Source: an uncultured Verrucomicrobiae bacterium
GTDB taxonomy: Bacteria > Verrucomicrobiota > Verrucomicrobiia > Chthoniobacterales > Chthoniobacteraceae
Length of the DNA: 64,000 nt
Direction: 5' to 3'
Assembly: GCA_963836755.1 (NCBI GenBank)
Contig: CAWIKF010000002.1
Coordinates: forward strand, 32,001 to 96,000
Positions 40,681 to 55,355 of the stretch are shown here, in pieces (position 1 is the stretch's first letter; every line of letters begins with the position of its first letter). The position numbers and the translations under genes were made by a program. The notes under the pieces were generated by a model. The model made no database searches. It was not told where the DNA came from and worked only from the letters and a program-made list of their open reading frames with translations.

Positions 40681-40720
40681 AAAAAAAAGGCCCAGCTTAT
40701 CGTTTCCAACAAGCTGGGCC
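40681..40720 (-). terminator. rRNA operon intrinsic terminator
   Basis: GGCCCAGCTT...AAGCTGGGCC stem followed by T8 on the minus strand, just after 5S. Confidence 0.85.
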
Positions 40721-40725
40721 GTAAT

Positions 40726-40841
40726 ACTGGCAACGTCCTACTCTCGCACAACCTATAGATGCACTACCATCGGGGCTGCAGCGTTTCACTTCCGTGTTCG
40801 GAATGGGAACGGGTGGGGCCACCGCGCTAGGATCACCAGAG
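40726..40841 (-). rRNA. rrf: 5S rRNA
   Basis: CCCGTTCCCATTCCGAACACGGAAGTGAA...GATGGTAGTG...GAGAGTAGG conserved 5S segments; ends approximate. Confidence 0.95.
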
Positions 40842-41159
40842 ACCTGGCGAATCCGAGATTAGAATCCTGTGGGAGCTTGTCCTGAGGACTGTTCCGGGGG
40901 CAGAACTAGCCTCGAATTCACCAGATCACTAGCGACGTCTGTCGTTTGGCCGCTGCGTCGCTTCGCTTGAAATCCTTCGCTTTCGCAGGGGACTACATGC
41001 GGACGACGATGTTAATTTAAAAGAACCGATTTGATTCTCTGATATCTACATACAGGAAGTTTCACAACCGCTAAGACTGAGTTTTGTTTAAAAGTCATCT
41101 CTTTTCCTGTGCGTCCGCGGCAGCTTTGACACTGACGCGGCGAGCGATGAAAAAATAAA

Positions 41160-44015
<2,856 letters not shown>

Positions 44016-44238
44016 AATCTGATCCGACTTACGTCGGAAATTTATGATAACTGAAATCCTCACTGCAACCTTCCGGTCGCTGATATTTCAGACTCAGCGC
44101 TTAAAGTTGTTTTACTACCCTGTATGTAGATGTCAAAGAACCATCTTCGCTCTCAAGGCGAAGAGATACGCTCAACTCCTGAATTTTTACGTTCGTTAAA
44201 CGTCAAAACGGTAATTTACTGCTTCACGACGACCTTAA

Positions 44239-44312
44239 TGGGCCTGACTGGGCTCGAACCAGTGACCCTGCGCTTATCAAGCGCATGCTCTAACCAACTG
44301 AGCTACAGGCCC
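44239..44312 (-). tRNA. tRNA-Ile(GAT)
   Basis: GGGCCTGTAGCTCAGTTGGTTAGAGC...TTGATAA...GTTCGAG...GGCCCA; CCA not encoded. Confidence 0.96.
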
Positions 44313-44339
44313 GGTCGAGTGGTTTTGTTGCTGACCAAT

Positions 44340-44412
44340 TGGAGGCATGGGGATTCGAACCCCAGACCTATAGCTTGCAAAGCTACCGCTCTACCAACTG
44401 AGCTATGCCCCC
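44340..44412 (-). tRNA. tRNA-Ala(TGC)
   Basis: GGGGGCATAGCTCAGTTGGTAGAGC...TTTGCAA...GTTCGAATCC...CTCCA; CCA not encoded. Confidence 0.96.
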
Positions 44413-44589
44413 GGGGAATTCGAATGACCTTCTTAGCGACTGAGCCATTCGCCTTTGAAGCAAAAACTGAACTGTACGTTACCGTTTCAAATGCTTTGAG
44501 CTTTAGTTTCTTTCGTTACTAAAGGCTTTAAGGCGGCATGACATTTCTGTTTTAGCCGTCGACCTACCACGATCTGCAAAGATCGCGAT

Positions 44590-46158
<1,569 letters not shown>

Positions 46159-46556
46159 AAAGTTTGCCCGGTCGACTGCTAAAGCCGCCGGTAAAATCTG
46201 ACCGTTTCAATTTCCTGTCGCGAGAGTATCGCGAACAGGGTTTGTCCGATCTTTAAATATTTGAATCAAAGATTTGACGTATAACGCACAATTCAATTTT
46301 TGCTGTCAATTTCGCCCCGAATTTCTTCGGGGCATTACCGTTCTGAATCTCCCAAATGAAATTCCAGAATTAAGCTTTCAAATATCAACGGCTCTTTACG
46401 AGCTTTCGGGCGACAAAAAACTCAACCTCGTGTCCGACAATAATCTCGGCAGTTTCCGCCGAATCATGGCCGGGACAAGATTGAGTCAATCTGAAGTCCC
46501 AAAAGTTGAAAGAACCTCTCGCTTTAGTCGCGAGCCCCGTTGTGTGCGGGGAATCA

Positions 46557-46607
46557 AAAGTAGCGGGAAACCTGAGCGGGTCAATCGAAAACTTTAACTT
46601 TTTTTTC
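46557..46607 (-). promoter_or_regulatory. rrn promoter (proximal)
   Basis: TTGACC-16 bp-TACTTT with an upstream A/T-rich UP-like tract. Confidence 0.55.
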
Positions 46608-46660
46608 GATGCCGACTCCGGCGTTTTCGCCCCCCGCCAAATTAACTCGGCGGGGCGGGG

Positions 46661-46712
46661 AAATTAGCAGCCCGCCGCAACAGCGCAACAACCTTTTGAA
46701 ATTTTTTTAATC
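46661..46712 (-). promoter_or_regulatory. rrn promoter (distal)
   Basis: TTGCGC-16 bp-TAATTT with an upstream A/T tract and GC-rich discriminator. Confidence 0.5.
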
Positions 46713-46765
46713 TCAAAAAGGTTGAAGCGCCGGCAAGCGCTCGGCGTAAAGCCGAGCCCTTAAAT

Positions 46766-46945
46766 CTACTGGACGACTGTTGTCGTCGTCGAAGTCGCGG
46801 GCGCTGGTGCGACCCGATGATATTCTTCCGTCTGCGTGGTCGTGGTGCTGGTCGCGGGCGCGGGTTCGCGATCATGATCGGCGCAGCCAGTAAGCAGGTT
46901 TCCGGCAAGCAATGTGAGTGGGATCAAAGGAATGATTTTTTTCAT
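46766..46945 (-). CDS. Small lipoprotein with duplicated PAPATSTTTT motif
   Basis: MKKIIPLIPLTLLAGNLLTGC lipobox followed by a Thr-rich mature part. Confidence 0.65.
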   Translation of the reverse strand: MKKIIPLIPLTLLAGNLLTGCADHDREPAPATSTTTTQTEEYHRVAPAPATSTTTTVVQ

Positions 46946-47077
46946 ACTGTATAACAATCGTCTTCGTTCTCATTGGCGGACGCCTTCCCGTTTTATTCTC
47001 GGATTTTGCGACCGTTCCCCGGCACGCCACGCAAAAACATCGTTACATCGCGTGCCAATCGTGGAAAGAACGTTGCC

Positions 47078-47737
47078 GTGCATTTTTTCCATACGCACCG
47101 CGAAACTGCCGCGCTCCTCGCGTTGTTGGCGCTCGCCATTTTTTCCGGACAATCTCTCGCGGCAGACGCGTCCGACGTCGGCTGGACGCTCAGCAGTCAC
47201 GGCAACGGCGTCGCGATTTACAGCCGCGTCCACGCGGGCACTGGCGTCAAAGAATTCAAGGCCGTGGGGGACATTGAAGCTCCACCGCGCGCCGTGCAGG
47301 CCGTGCTCGACGACGTCGAGGCGTATCCGCATTTCATGCCGTTCGTGGTCGAGTGTCGCGTGATCTCGCGCGACGCGGATTCGATCGTGAGCTACCAGCG
47401 GATCTCACCGCCGCTCTGCGCGGATCGGGATTACACTTTGCGCGTCTGGCATGAAAATGAGCGTGCGCCCGGCGGCCGCACCTTCCGCAGCCATTGGGAA
47501 GCCGCAAACGCGCTCGGACCTGCGGAAAGGCCGAAAGTGGTGCGGGTGAAAATCAATGAAGGAAGCTGGCTCCTCGAGCCGGATGGCGAAAATAAAACGT
47601 GTGCGACATATCGCGTCTACACCGACACGGGCGGCGCGCTGCCCGCTTTCATCGCGAACAAAGCCAATCAAGTTGGCATCGAGAAAATCTTCGCCGCCAT
47701 GCGGCAGCAAGTTAAAGAAGCGAAATACAATCGGTAA
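47078..47737 (+). CDS. Secreted START/SRPBCC domain protein
   Basis: W.L...NGV.IY.R, EFKA.G, DRDY, GSW.LEP and D.GG.LP motifs. Start is approximate. Confidence 0.8.
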   Translation: MHFFHTHRETAALLALLALAIFSGQSLAADASDVGWTLSSHGNGVAIYSRVHAGTGVKEFKAVGDIEAPPRAVQAVLDDVEAYPHFMPFVVECRVISRDADSIVSYQRISPPLCADRDYTLRVWHENERAPGGRTFRSHWEAANALGPAERPKVVRVKINEGSWLLEPDGENKTCATYRVYTDTGGALPAFIANKANQVGIEKIFAAMRQQVKEAKYNR

Positions 47738-47776
47738 ACTTCCGAAAATGCGGAGAATTTTTGATTCCGCGGTCCC

Positions 47777-49360
47777 TCAATGTCCCGGTGTGACTTTGCC
47801 CTCGGTCTTGCGGAGCATGAATACAATCAAGATCACCGCGAGAGTCCCGAGCATCATCGTCCAGAAAACGTCGAGATACGACAGCATCGCTGCCTGCTGC
47901 TGGACGGCGTTGTAAATCGATCCTAGCGCCTGGTCGCTGCCAGCGACGGTGCCGGAGCCCTGATGGTGCAGGCGCGCGGCAAAATTTTTCAATGCCGCGA
48001 CATAGGTCATATTGTAAGGCGTGAGATGCTCGACGAGGCGCGATTGATGGAACTGCGAGCGCCGCGAAAGCCACGTCTGGCAGAGCGAAATGCCGAAGCT
48101 GCCGCCGATGTTGCGCGAGAGATTGATGAGCGCCGAAGCGTTGTTGCGCTTGCCCGGCGGCAGCCCGACGAACGCCACGGTGTTGATCGGCACAAATAAA
48201 AATCCGAGCCCCGCCGCCTGGAAAATTCGAGCCCACATCGCATCCTGAAATGAGATGCCGCTGTTGAATCCGGTCATGTGGTAAAGCGCCGCTGCCTCGA
48301 TGATCAATCCGAACGCGACGAGGTAGCGCGGCTGCGCTTTTCGCGAAAGCAAAATACCAACGATTGGCATCGACGCCATCGTCGCGAATCCGCCCGGCGT
48401 CATGGCCAGGCCGGCATCGGTCGCGGTGTAGCCGAGCACGGTTTGAAGGAATTGCGGCAGCAGTTGCGTCGTGCCGTAAAGGATGAACCCGACCGAAAAC
48501 ATGACGACATTCGCCGCGAAAAAGTTGCCGATTTTCAGCAACGGCAAATCGACGATTGGGTCTTCGCACCGAAGTTCCCGGATGATCAGCGTGATGAGCG
48601 CCGCGACTGAAATCACCGACATCCAGACGATCAAACTTGACGAAAACCAATCGTCGCGTTCGCCTTTGTCGAGCACGATCTGCACGCCGCCAAGGCCGAT
48701 GGCTACAAGCGCGAAGCCCAAATAATCGATGCTCAACTTTTTCTTTTTTCCCGTCCGGAGCGCTTCGGGCCCGATCTCCTCCGGCACGAACATTCCCGCG
48801 AGAAAAAGCGAAAGAAACCCGACGGGGACATTGATGAGAAAAATCCAGTGCCACGAGTAATTGTCCGTGATCCAGCCGCCAAGCGTCGGACCGATCGCCG
48901 GCGCGACGACCACGGCGACGCCATAAAGCGCAAAGACTTGTCCATGTTTTTCCGGCGGAAAACTGTCGGCCAAAATCGATTGCTCACTCGGCGCGAGACC
49001 GCCGCCGCCGAGCCCCTGCAGCACGCGGAAAAAAATCAGCGCGCTGAGATTCGTCGCGAGACCGCAGAGGAGCGAGCTGACCGTGAACAGGGCGACGCAG
49101 ATCATGTAAAAACGTTTGCGGCCGATGGTCGTGGCGAGCCAGCCGCTGATCGGAAGCACGATCGCGTTTGCCACCAGATAGCTCGTCAGCACCCACGTGC
49201 TTTCGTCGAGGCCGGCGGAAAGTCCGCCCGCGATGTGGCGCAGCGAGACATTCGCGATGGCGGTGTCGAGCACCTCCATGAAGGTCGCGATCGAAAGAAT
49301 GACCGCGACGCCCCACGGGTTTCCCGCGATTGCGCGACCGCGCGCGGCCAAGCCATTCAT
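47777..49360 (-). CDS. emrB: DHA2 family MFS efflux permease (EmrB/QacA)
   Basis: FMEVLDTAIANV, WVLTSYL, GPTLGG and WIFLINVP motifs. Confidence 0.93.
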   Translation of the reverse strand: MNGLAARGRAIAGNPWGVAVILSIATFMEVLDTAIANVSLRHIAGGLSAGLDESTWVLTSYLVANAIVLPISGWLATTIGRKRFYMICVALFTVSSLLCGLATNLSALIFFRVLQGLGGGGLAPSEQSILADSFPPEKHGQVFALYGVAVVVAPAIGPTLGGWITDNYSWHWIFLINVPVGFLSLFLAGMFVPEEIGPEALRTGKKKKLSIDYLGFALVAIGLGGVQIVLDKGERDDWFSSSLIVWMSVISVAALITLIIRELRCEDPIVDLPLLKIGNFFAANVVMFSVGFILYGTTQLLPQFLQTVLGYTATDAGLAMTPGGFATMASMPIVGILLSRKAQPRYLVAFGLIIEAAALYHMTGFNSGISFQDAMWARIFQAAGLGFLFVPINTVAFVGLPPGKRNNASALINLSRNIGGSFGISLCQTWLSRRSQFHQSRLVEHLTPYNMTYVAALKNFAARLHHQGSGTVAGSDQALGSIYNAVQQQAAMLSYLDVFWTMMLGTLAVILIVFMLRKTEGKVTPGH

Positions 49361-50478
49361 CGCACCGCGACGTCTGGCACGACTGACATGCCGGGCGCGA
49401 GATCGCGCAGCTCATCCAGCGTCGCGTTAAACAAAATTTTCACCGGCAGGCGCTGCACAACTTTCACGTAATTGCCCGTCGCATTTTCCGGCGGCAGCAG
49501 GCTGAACGCCGCGCCTGTCCCGCTTTGAATGCTGTCCACGTGCCCGCGATATTTGCGGTCGGGAAACGCGTCCACTTCGATCTCCACTTCCTGTCCCGCG
49601 CGCATGTGCGTGAGCTGCGTTTCCTTGAAATTTGCGGTCACGTAAACATCGTGCGGCGTGAGCGCGAGCAGCGCCTGGCCGGGCGCGACGTAGTCGCCAT
49701 TTTCCACCGTGCGATGCGTCACGCGGCCATCCACGGGCGCGATGATTTTTGTGTAGGATAAATTCAAATCCGCCGCGACCAATTGCGCGCGAGCCTGCTC
49801 CAGATCAGCCTCCGCGGCCTTCACATTCGCATCAGCCGCGCCGATTTGCGCCAGCGCTGCCTCCTCTTTTTTCCGCGCGGCATCGACATTTGCCAGACTC
49901 GTGCGCGCAGCGGCGCGGGCATTGTCGACATCCTGTGGCGAGACGACGCGACGTTCCGCAAGCTGTTGCACACGCGTTAACTCCGCGCTCGCATTTTCCG
50001 CAGTCGCCTGCGCCGACGAGACGTCCGCCCGCGCCTGGCCAAGCGTCGCCTGCGTGACGACCTGCTGCGCCACAGCCTGCGCGACTTTGCCATTGACCGA
50101 GCCGACATTCGCGGCCGCCTCCGCGCGCGCAGCTTCATAATCGCGCGGATCGAGCTGCACGAGCAAATCGCCCGCGCGCACTTCCTGGTTGTCGTCCACG
50201 GCCACCCGCCGGACGATCGCCGCGACCTTCGGACTGATCTTCGAAACGTGCGCGTCGATGAACGCGTCGTCCGTCGTCTCGTGTGAGCGCGCGTGCAGAA
50301 ATTTCACGATTCCAAAAATCGCCGCGATGATCAACACAACCACGCCGATGGTGATGAACAAAGGCTTCCGGTTCGGTTTCCTCGGCGCCTCGTGATGCAC
50401 CGGCACGTCGCCGCTCTGCATCAAATCGTGGACGATTTCCTCGTCGTGCGCGAAAGGTTCGCTGGTTTTTGAATTCAT
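49357..50478 (-). CDS. emrA: HlyD/EmrA family membrane fusion protein
   Basis: TDDAF, ANFKETQ and FSLLPPENATGNYVKVVQR motifs. Confidence 0.93.
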   Translation of the reverse strand: MNSKTSEPFAHDEEIVHDLMQSGDVPVHHEAPRKPNRKPLFITIGVVVLIIAAIFGIVKFLHARSHETTDDAFIDAHVSKISPKVAAIVRRVAVDDNQEVRAGDLLVQLDPRDYEAARAEAAANVGSVNGKVAQAVAQQVVTQATLGQARADVSSAQATAENASAELTRVQQLAERRVVSPQDVDNARAAARTSLANVDAARKKEEAALAQIGAADANVKAAEADLEQARAQLVAADLNLSYTKIIAPVDGRVTHRTVENGDYVAPGQALLALTPHDVYVTANFKETQLTHMRAGQEVEIEVDAFPDRKYRGHVDSIQSGTGAAFSLLPPENATGNYVKVVQRLPVKILFNATLDELRDLAPGMSVVPDVAVR

Positions 50479-50570
50479 CGTGGACGTGGCTTAATCGGAA
50501 TTGTTGCAGCAAAGGATTGCACGTCTCGCGCGGTCGGAAAGCGGATTGTTCGGCAAAACCGTCGCCGCCG

Positions 50571-51338
50571 CTACTTCACATACTGTTTAACAAACATGAC
50601 CACAGCGAGCGTCAGTCCGATCGCCGTGATGAGATGACGCACGAACGCCTCTGGAACTTTTTGCGCAAAAAATGCCCCGAGGTAGCCGCCGCTGATCGCG
50701 CCGAAAGTCATCGCGCCAGCCGCCTCCCAATGGATGAGGCCTTTCATCACGAAATAAATCGCGGCGATCAAATTGATGAGAAACGCGAGCACGGTCTTCA
50801 CCGCATTCATCTCGTGAATCTTGCTGATGCCGAGCATGCCGAGCGACGCGAGCATCAGGATGCCGATGCCCGCGCCGAAGTAGCCGCCATAAATCGCGAC
50901 CGCGAATTGAAAGAGGGCCGCGCCGACGAGCCAGCGGGCGCTGCCCGGATGCGTTTCGCATTTCACGAGCCGCGCAAAAAAGCCGCGCGCCATGAAAAGC
51001 AGCGTCGCGAACAAAATCAAAAACGGCACCAGCCACTCGAACGTTTTTGACGGCGTGAGCGTGAGCAAAACCCCGCCGATCAAGCCGCCAAGCAGGCTGG
51101 CGAGCGCAAAGCGTCGAATCCAGGGAGCGGCGGCGCGCATGTTTCGCCGGTAGCCGAGGACGCCCGCGAGCGAGCCCGGCAGCAGCGCCACGGTGCTCGT
51201 CGCATTCGCATCGATCGCGCCGAGACCGGCAAAAATCAGCGCCGGAAACGTCAGGATCGTTCCGCCGCCCGCAATGGAATTCATCACCCCCGCGATGAAA
51301 CCCGCGCAAACGAGCAAAAGTATTTTACCGGCTGGCAT
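50571..51338 (-). CDS. TauE/SafE (TSUP) family transporter
   Basis: NSIAGGG..LTFP and YGGYFGAGIGI motifs. Confidence 0.92.
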   Translation of the reverse strand: MPAGKILLLVCAGFIAGVMNSIAGGGTILTFPALIFAGLGAIDANATSTVALLPGSLAGVLGYRRNMRAAAPWIRRFALASLLGGLIGGVLLTLTPSKTFEWLVPFLILFATLLFMARGFFARLVKCETHPGSARWLVGAALFQFAVAIYGGYFGAGIGILMLASLGMLGISKIHEMNAVKTVLAFLINLIAAIYFVMKGLIHWEAAGAMTFGAISGGYLGAFFAQKVPEAFVRHLITAIGLTLAVVMFVKQYVK

Positions 51339-51391
51339 CACGGCGTGCACGGTGCATCATTGGCACGCGGCAAGTGGAATGCGCCGAACCC

Positions 51392-51940
51392 TCAGCTCCG
51401 CGCCGGGATCATCCCACTTTGACGCGCGAAGTTAAAAATGCCGCCGGCGTCGATGACGGGGCGGACTTCGCCGAGGGGTTTGAGCTCGTAGGTTTTGCCG
51501 CGCACGGTGAGCGTGTCGTGGTCAAAGTCGAGCGTGGCTTCGTCGCCGGTTTGCACGAGATCGCAGAGGCGTTCTTTCGCGTCGTAGGGATAAAGTTCGC
51601 CGGTGGCGACGCAATTTCTAAAAAAGATGCGGGCAAAACTTTCGGCGATCACGGCCTGGACGCCGGCGGCGCCGAGTGCGATCGGGGCGTGCTCGCGCGA
51701 GCTTCCGCAGCCAAAATTCCGCCCGGCGATGATGATCTGGTATTCGGTTTTCGCGCTGCCGGGTGTGACGAGGTCGATCGGATATTTTTCGTCCGGCAGG
51801 CCGATGAGGGCAAAGCTGCCGAGCTTTTCGTATTCCTCGGGAATCGTCGGGACGAGCGTCAAATACTGCGCGGGGATGATCTGGTCGGTGTCGATGTTAT
51901 CGTGGACGACGAAGACTTTGCTGGTGACGGTGTGAGGCAT
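51392..51940 (-). CDS. leuD: 3-isopropylmalate dehydratase small subunit
   Basis: DNIDTDQIIPA, NFGCGSSREHA and SFARIFFRN motifs. Confidence 0.9.
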   Translation of the reverse strand: MPHTVTSKVFVVHDNIDTDQIIPAQYLTLVPTIPEEYEKLGSFALIGLPDEKYPIDLVTPGSAKTEYQIIIAGRNFGCGSSREHAPIALGAAGVQAVIAESFARIFFRNCVATGELYPYDAKERLCDLVQTGDEATLDFDHDTLTVRGKTYELKPLGEVRPVIDAGGIFNFARQSGMIPARS

Positions 51941-51976
51941 GGCGGTGATGAGGCTAAGAGCGCGGGGCGTTTGGTT

Positions 51977-52405
51977 TCAATAGCGGAAGCCGGGCAGCGG
52001 CGTTTGTGGGTTTGCCTGCGGCAGTGCGGGGGATGGAAGCAGGAGTTGCTCTTCGCGCGTGGCGGGAGGTTCGTGACTTTTGCCGGTCTGGCGAAATTTC
52101 GGCGTGGGCGAAGGCTCCGGTTCCGGCGGCGCGACGGCGAGATCTTCGGTGGAGACGTAGCCGGTTTCTTTGTTGGCGGTGGTGACTTTGCTGTAGCCAA
52201 ACTCGTTGCTCACCATCGTGAGGCGGTCTCCTTTCGCGAGCAGGAGATCGGGGCCGTTCGGCTGGGCGGGGCCGATTTTGTAGAATGGCGTGTGCAGTGC
52301 GGTCACGATGTAGTCGATGCCATTGTGCGCGGCGTTTCCACCGGTCGCGCAACCGCTCGCGAGCAATGCGAGGCCGAGGAAAAGAATCGCGAACTTTGTT
52401 TTCAC
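51977..52405 (-). CDS. Lipoprotein with SH3-like domain
   Basis: Lipobox LASGC; L.KGD.L...GY.KV....TGYV...L SH3b pattern; Pro-rich tail. Confidence 0.65.
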   Translation of the reverse strand: MKTKFAILFLGLALLASGCATGGNAAHNGIDYIVTALHTPFYKIGPAQPNGPDLLLAKGDRLTMVSNEFGYSKVTTANKETGYVSTEDLAVAPPEPEPSPTPKFRQTGKSHEPPATREEQLLLPSPALPQANPQTPLPGFRY

Positions 52406-52427
52406 GCGCCCACAACCCTCGCGCCGC

Positions 52428-53816
52428 TCAGCTCAGGAATTCCCGCGGATCGGTGATCGAGCCCGTGAGCGCCGACGCGGCCACGGTGTAGGGGCTCGCG
52501 AGGAAAACCTGCGCTTCCTTGCTCCCCATGCGGCCGGGAAAATTGCGGTTCGTGGCGCTGATGCATTTCATCGGCGCATTCATGCGGCCAAATGTGTCAA
52601 CAGGGCCGCCGAGGCACGCAGCACACGACGCATTTTCCGTCATGCGCACGCCGGCGTTCTCGAGAATTTCCCAGACGCTGTGGCCGTCCCATTGCGTTTG
52701 CTTCAATTCCGCCACGACCTTCGTCGTCGCCGGCACGCCGAACGTGTCGATCTTCACCGATTTGCCGCGAACGATTTCGGCAAAGGCGAGAAAGTCGCTG
52801 GTTTTGCCGCCGGTGCACGAGCCGATGTAAGCGCGGTCGAGTTTGACGTCGCCAAGGTTTTTTGCCAGCGCTCGGTTTCCCGGATCGGGATGGACCGCGA
52901 CGGTCGGCTCGAGCTGCGAGAGGTCGAACGTTTTGTCGTAGATGAAACTTTGATCGCGGTCGATCTCCACCGGCTCGAACTCGTTCTTCGTCCCGTTTTC
53001 CGCGACACGCTCGCGGACGTAGTCGCCTGTTTTTTCGTCGTAAGGAAAGATGCCGTTCTTGCCGCCCGCCTCGATCGCCATGTTCGCGATCGTCATCCGA
53101 TCGTCCATCGTCATCGCGTTCACGCCCGGGCCTTCCCATTGCATCGCGCGATAGGTCGCGCCGTCGAAACCGATCTCGCCGATGACGTGCAGGATCACGT
53201 CCTTCGCCATCACGCCGGCCGGCAGCGCGCCTTCGCAGAAAAAGCGCATCGTTTCCGGCACCTTGAGTAAAAGTTTGCCGGTGCCGAGGATGAAGCCGGC
53301 GTCGGTATTGCCGATGCCGGTCGCGAATTGATTGAAGGCGCCGGCCATGCAGGTGTGCGAATCGGTGCCGAAAAGGATTTCGCCGGGGCGCGTGTGGCCT
53401 TTCCACGGCAATGTCGTGTGACAAACGCCTGTGTAACGGTTGCCATACTGTTGCTTGAGCTGGCCGCGCGTCGTATCGAAGTGCCAGTGGCCGGCCGGGT
53501 CGTCGATCACGTCGTAAAAATAGGGCAGCTCCTGCTCGTTGACGAAGTCGCGCAGGATGTCGACGTTGCGGTTGCTCATCGAGTCCGCGGTGAAAATGTA
53601 ATGGTCGGGAATGATGACGACTTTTTTTGCATCCCAGACTTTTGCGGCCGCGCCAAACTCCCGCTTGAAGACGCCGATCGTGCCGGGCCCGCAGACGTCG
53701 TGCGTCATGAGGATATCGACATTTACCCAAACGTTGTCGCCGGGGACGACGTGTGATTTGCCGCTGGCGCGCGCGAGAATCTTTTCCGTGAGAGTCATGG
53801 GACGGTGACTTTCCAT
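52428..53816 (-). CDS. leuC: 3-isopropylmalate dehydratase large subunit (aconitase family)
   Basis: MTLTEKIL, DSHT, IGSCTGG, CAACLG and NRNFPGRMG motifs. Confidence 0.9.
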   Translation of the reverse strand: MESHRPMTLTEKILARASGKSHVVPGDNVWVNVDILMTHDVCGPGTIGVFKREFGAAAKVWDAKKVVIIPDHYIFTADSMSNRNVDILRDFVNEQELPYFYDVIDDPAGHWHFDTTRGQLKQQYGNRYTGVCHTTLPWKGHTRPGEILFGTDSHTCMAGAFNQFATGIGNTDAGFILGTGKLLLKVPETMRFFCEGALPAGVMAKDVILHVIGEIGFDGATYRAMQWEGPGVNAMTMDDRMTIANMAIEAGGKNGIFPYDEKTGDYVRERVAENGTKNEFEPVEIDRDQSFIYDKTFDLSQLEPTVAVHPDPGNRALAKNLGDVKLDRAYIGSCTGGKTSDFLAFAEIVRGKSVKIDTFGVPATTKVVAELKQTQWDGHSVWEILENAGVRMTENASCAACLGGPVDTFGRMNAPMKCISATNRNFPGRMGSKEAQVFLASPYTVAASALTGSITDPREFLS

Positions 53817-53862
53817 CGCGCGCGGATGCTTATCAAATGGAAACTTCTCGCGCGGCGGCGGA

Positions 53863-55311
53863 TCACTCGGCAGTCGCGGGCGCGGATGGAGTCAAAGTTG
53901 CTGCGGGCGCCGGCGGATTTTCTTTTTTGTCTTTTTTCTTTCCGTCGGAGCTGTGTTTGCCGAAGAGACCTTGCAGCAGACTGCCGAATTCTTTTTGGAT
54001 TTTGCGCCCAAGGATGCGGTCGAGTAAATCGGTGCGCGGTCGGCCGACGGTGCCGTTGACGGTGAAATCGAGCGAGCGTGTTTCCTCCTCGCCGGGTTGA
54101 AAATTGCTCTCGATGAATGCGGGCAGCTGACGGCTGATTTTTTCGTTGATCGTCAGCCGCGAATCGAGATGCAGCCCGCCGTCAAAGTCCACAGTTCCTT
54201 TCGCGGCGAGCTGCAAATTCTGCGCACGCAGCTGCACGTCATCGACCTGAACCTGTTTGCCGCCGACGCGGAAATTCGCCTGCGCCTGCCGCAAATCCAT
54301 GCGCACAAGATCGCCGATTTGCAGCGCCTGCCCGAGCAGTTGGAAAAAGTTGTATTGCACTTCGCCGCCAGCGAGCGCGACCCGGCCGCTTCCGGTGACC
54401 GAGCCTTTGTCGCCGGCCGCGCCGTAAAGATCGAGCGAGCCGGAGAGCGCGCCTTTGACCTGATCCGCCATTCCGCCGGACTGGATGATGACTTTGTTCA
54501 CATCCACTTTGTCAAAATTCACATCGATCGTGAACGGCGTGTGCTTCTCCGATGTGTGGACGGTGAGATCGCCGCCGAGGTTTCCGCCGGCGATTTGCGC
54601 GGTGACTTTTTCCAGCGTCAAAGTTCCGGCGATGAAGCGAAACGGCGCGCGCAGATTCTGGAAAAAAAGTTCCTCGCGCACAGAACCGCTGCCGACCGTC
54701 GCCGTCCCTTCCGCCGAGCCGGGGCTGATCGCGGGTGAATCGACATCGACATCAGAAAACGCGACGACGCGGTGGCCCTTCGCGTCGTAAAAGTCGAACG
54801 AGCCGCCGCGGATGCGCAAATGTTTCACCTTCACCGAGAAGCGCGCCTCGTGCACGGGCGCCGCCGTCTCGATTGGCGCGAACTCCGGCTTCGGCTTCTC
54901 CGGTTCGCCCGGCTCCTTCGGCTCGCGCGGCTCGCTCGGCATCCGCCAAGTGCCCGCGCTATTTTGCACCCAGACGACCTTCGGCTGGTCGATCGTGATT
55001 TCATCGACGATGAGCTGCCGATGCAGCAGCGGGAAAATTTCAAAGAACGCCGCGAAGTCCGTCGCCTCGAGGAAATCGCCGCCGCCATCGGGTTGCGGCA
55101 CGGTGATGCCCGTGATTTTCAGGCCGCTCCACGGCGTCACGGTCGTCCGCGCCATTCGCACCTCGGTGCCGAGCGAGTCGCTGATGACCCGCGCGATGCG
55201 CGCCTGCGTGCCAGCGGACTGGACGTAAAGATTCATCGCGAGCGTCCCGATTGCGACGAGCGCGAGCACCGCGGCGAGGCCGATGAGAAAACCCTTGGCA
55301 AGTCTTGGCAC
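53863..55311 (-). CDS. AsmA family protein
   Basis: N-terminal TM anchor, repeated beta-groove strands and C-terminal V.GT...P motif. Confidence 0.7.
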   Translation of the reverse strand: MPRLAKGFLIGLAAVLALVAIGTLAMNLYVQSAGTQARIARVISDSLGTEVRMARTTVTPWSGLKITGITVPQPDGGGDFLEATDFAAFFEIFPLLHRQLIVDEITIDQPKVVWVQNSAGTWRMPSEPREPKEPGEPEKPKPEFAPIETAAPVHEARFSVKVKHLRIRGGSFDFYDAKGHRVVAFSDVDVDSPAISPGSAEGTATVGSGSVREELFFQNLRAPFRFIAGTLTLEKVTAQIAGGNLGGDLTVHTSEKHTPFTIDVNFDKVDVNKVIIQSGGMADQVKGALSGSLDLYGAAGDKGSVTGSGRVALAGGEVQYNFFQLLGQALQIGDLVRMDLRQAQANFRVGGKQVQVDDVQLRAQNLQLAAKGTVDFDGGLHLDSRLTINEKISRQLPAFIESNFQPGEEETRSLDFTVNGTVGRPRTDLLDRILGRKIQKEFGSLLQGLFGKHSSDGKKKDKKENPPAPAATLTPSAPATAE

Positions 55312-55355
55312 ATCGGGAAAGTATCCGCCGCCTGCGCGAAGAAAAGTCCAATTCG

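Noticed and set aside
40842..41159. Long 23S-5S spacer as a hidden ncRNA or element
   Set aside because: Part of it (TTCTCTGATATCTACATACAGG near 41035-41056) is complementary to the pre-23S spacer at ~44119-44140, the normal processing stem. No other recognisable feature was found.
44239..44412. tRNA-Ala before tRNA-Ile in the 16S-23S spacer, both lacking encoded CCA
   Set aside because: A known arrangement in several bacterial lineages; not novel.
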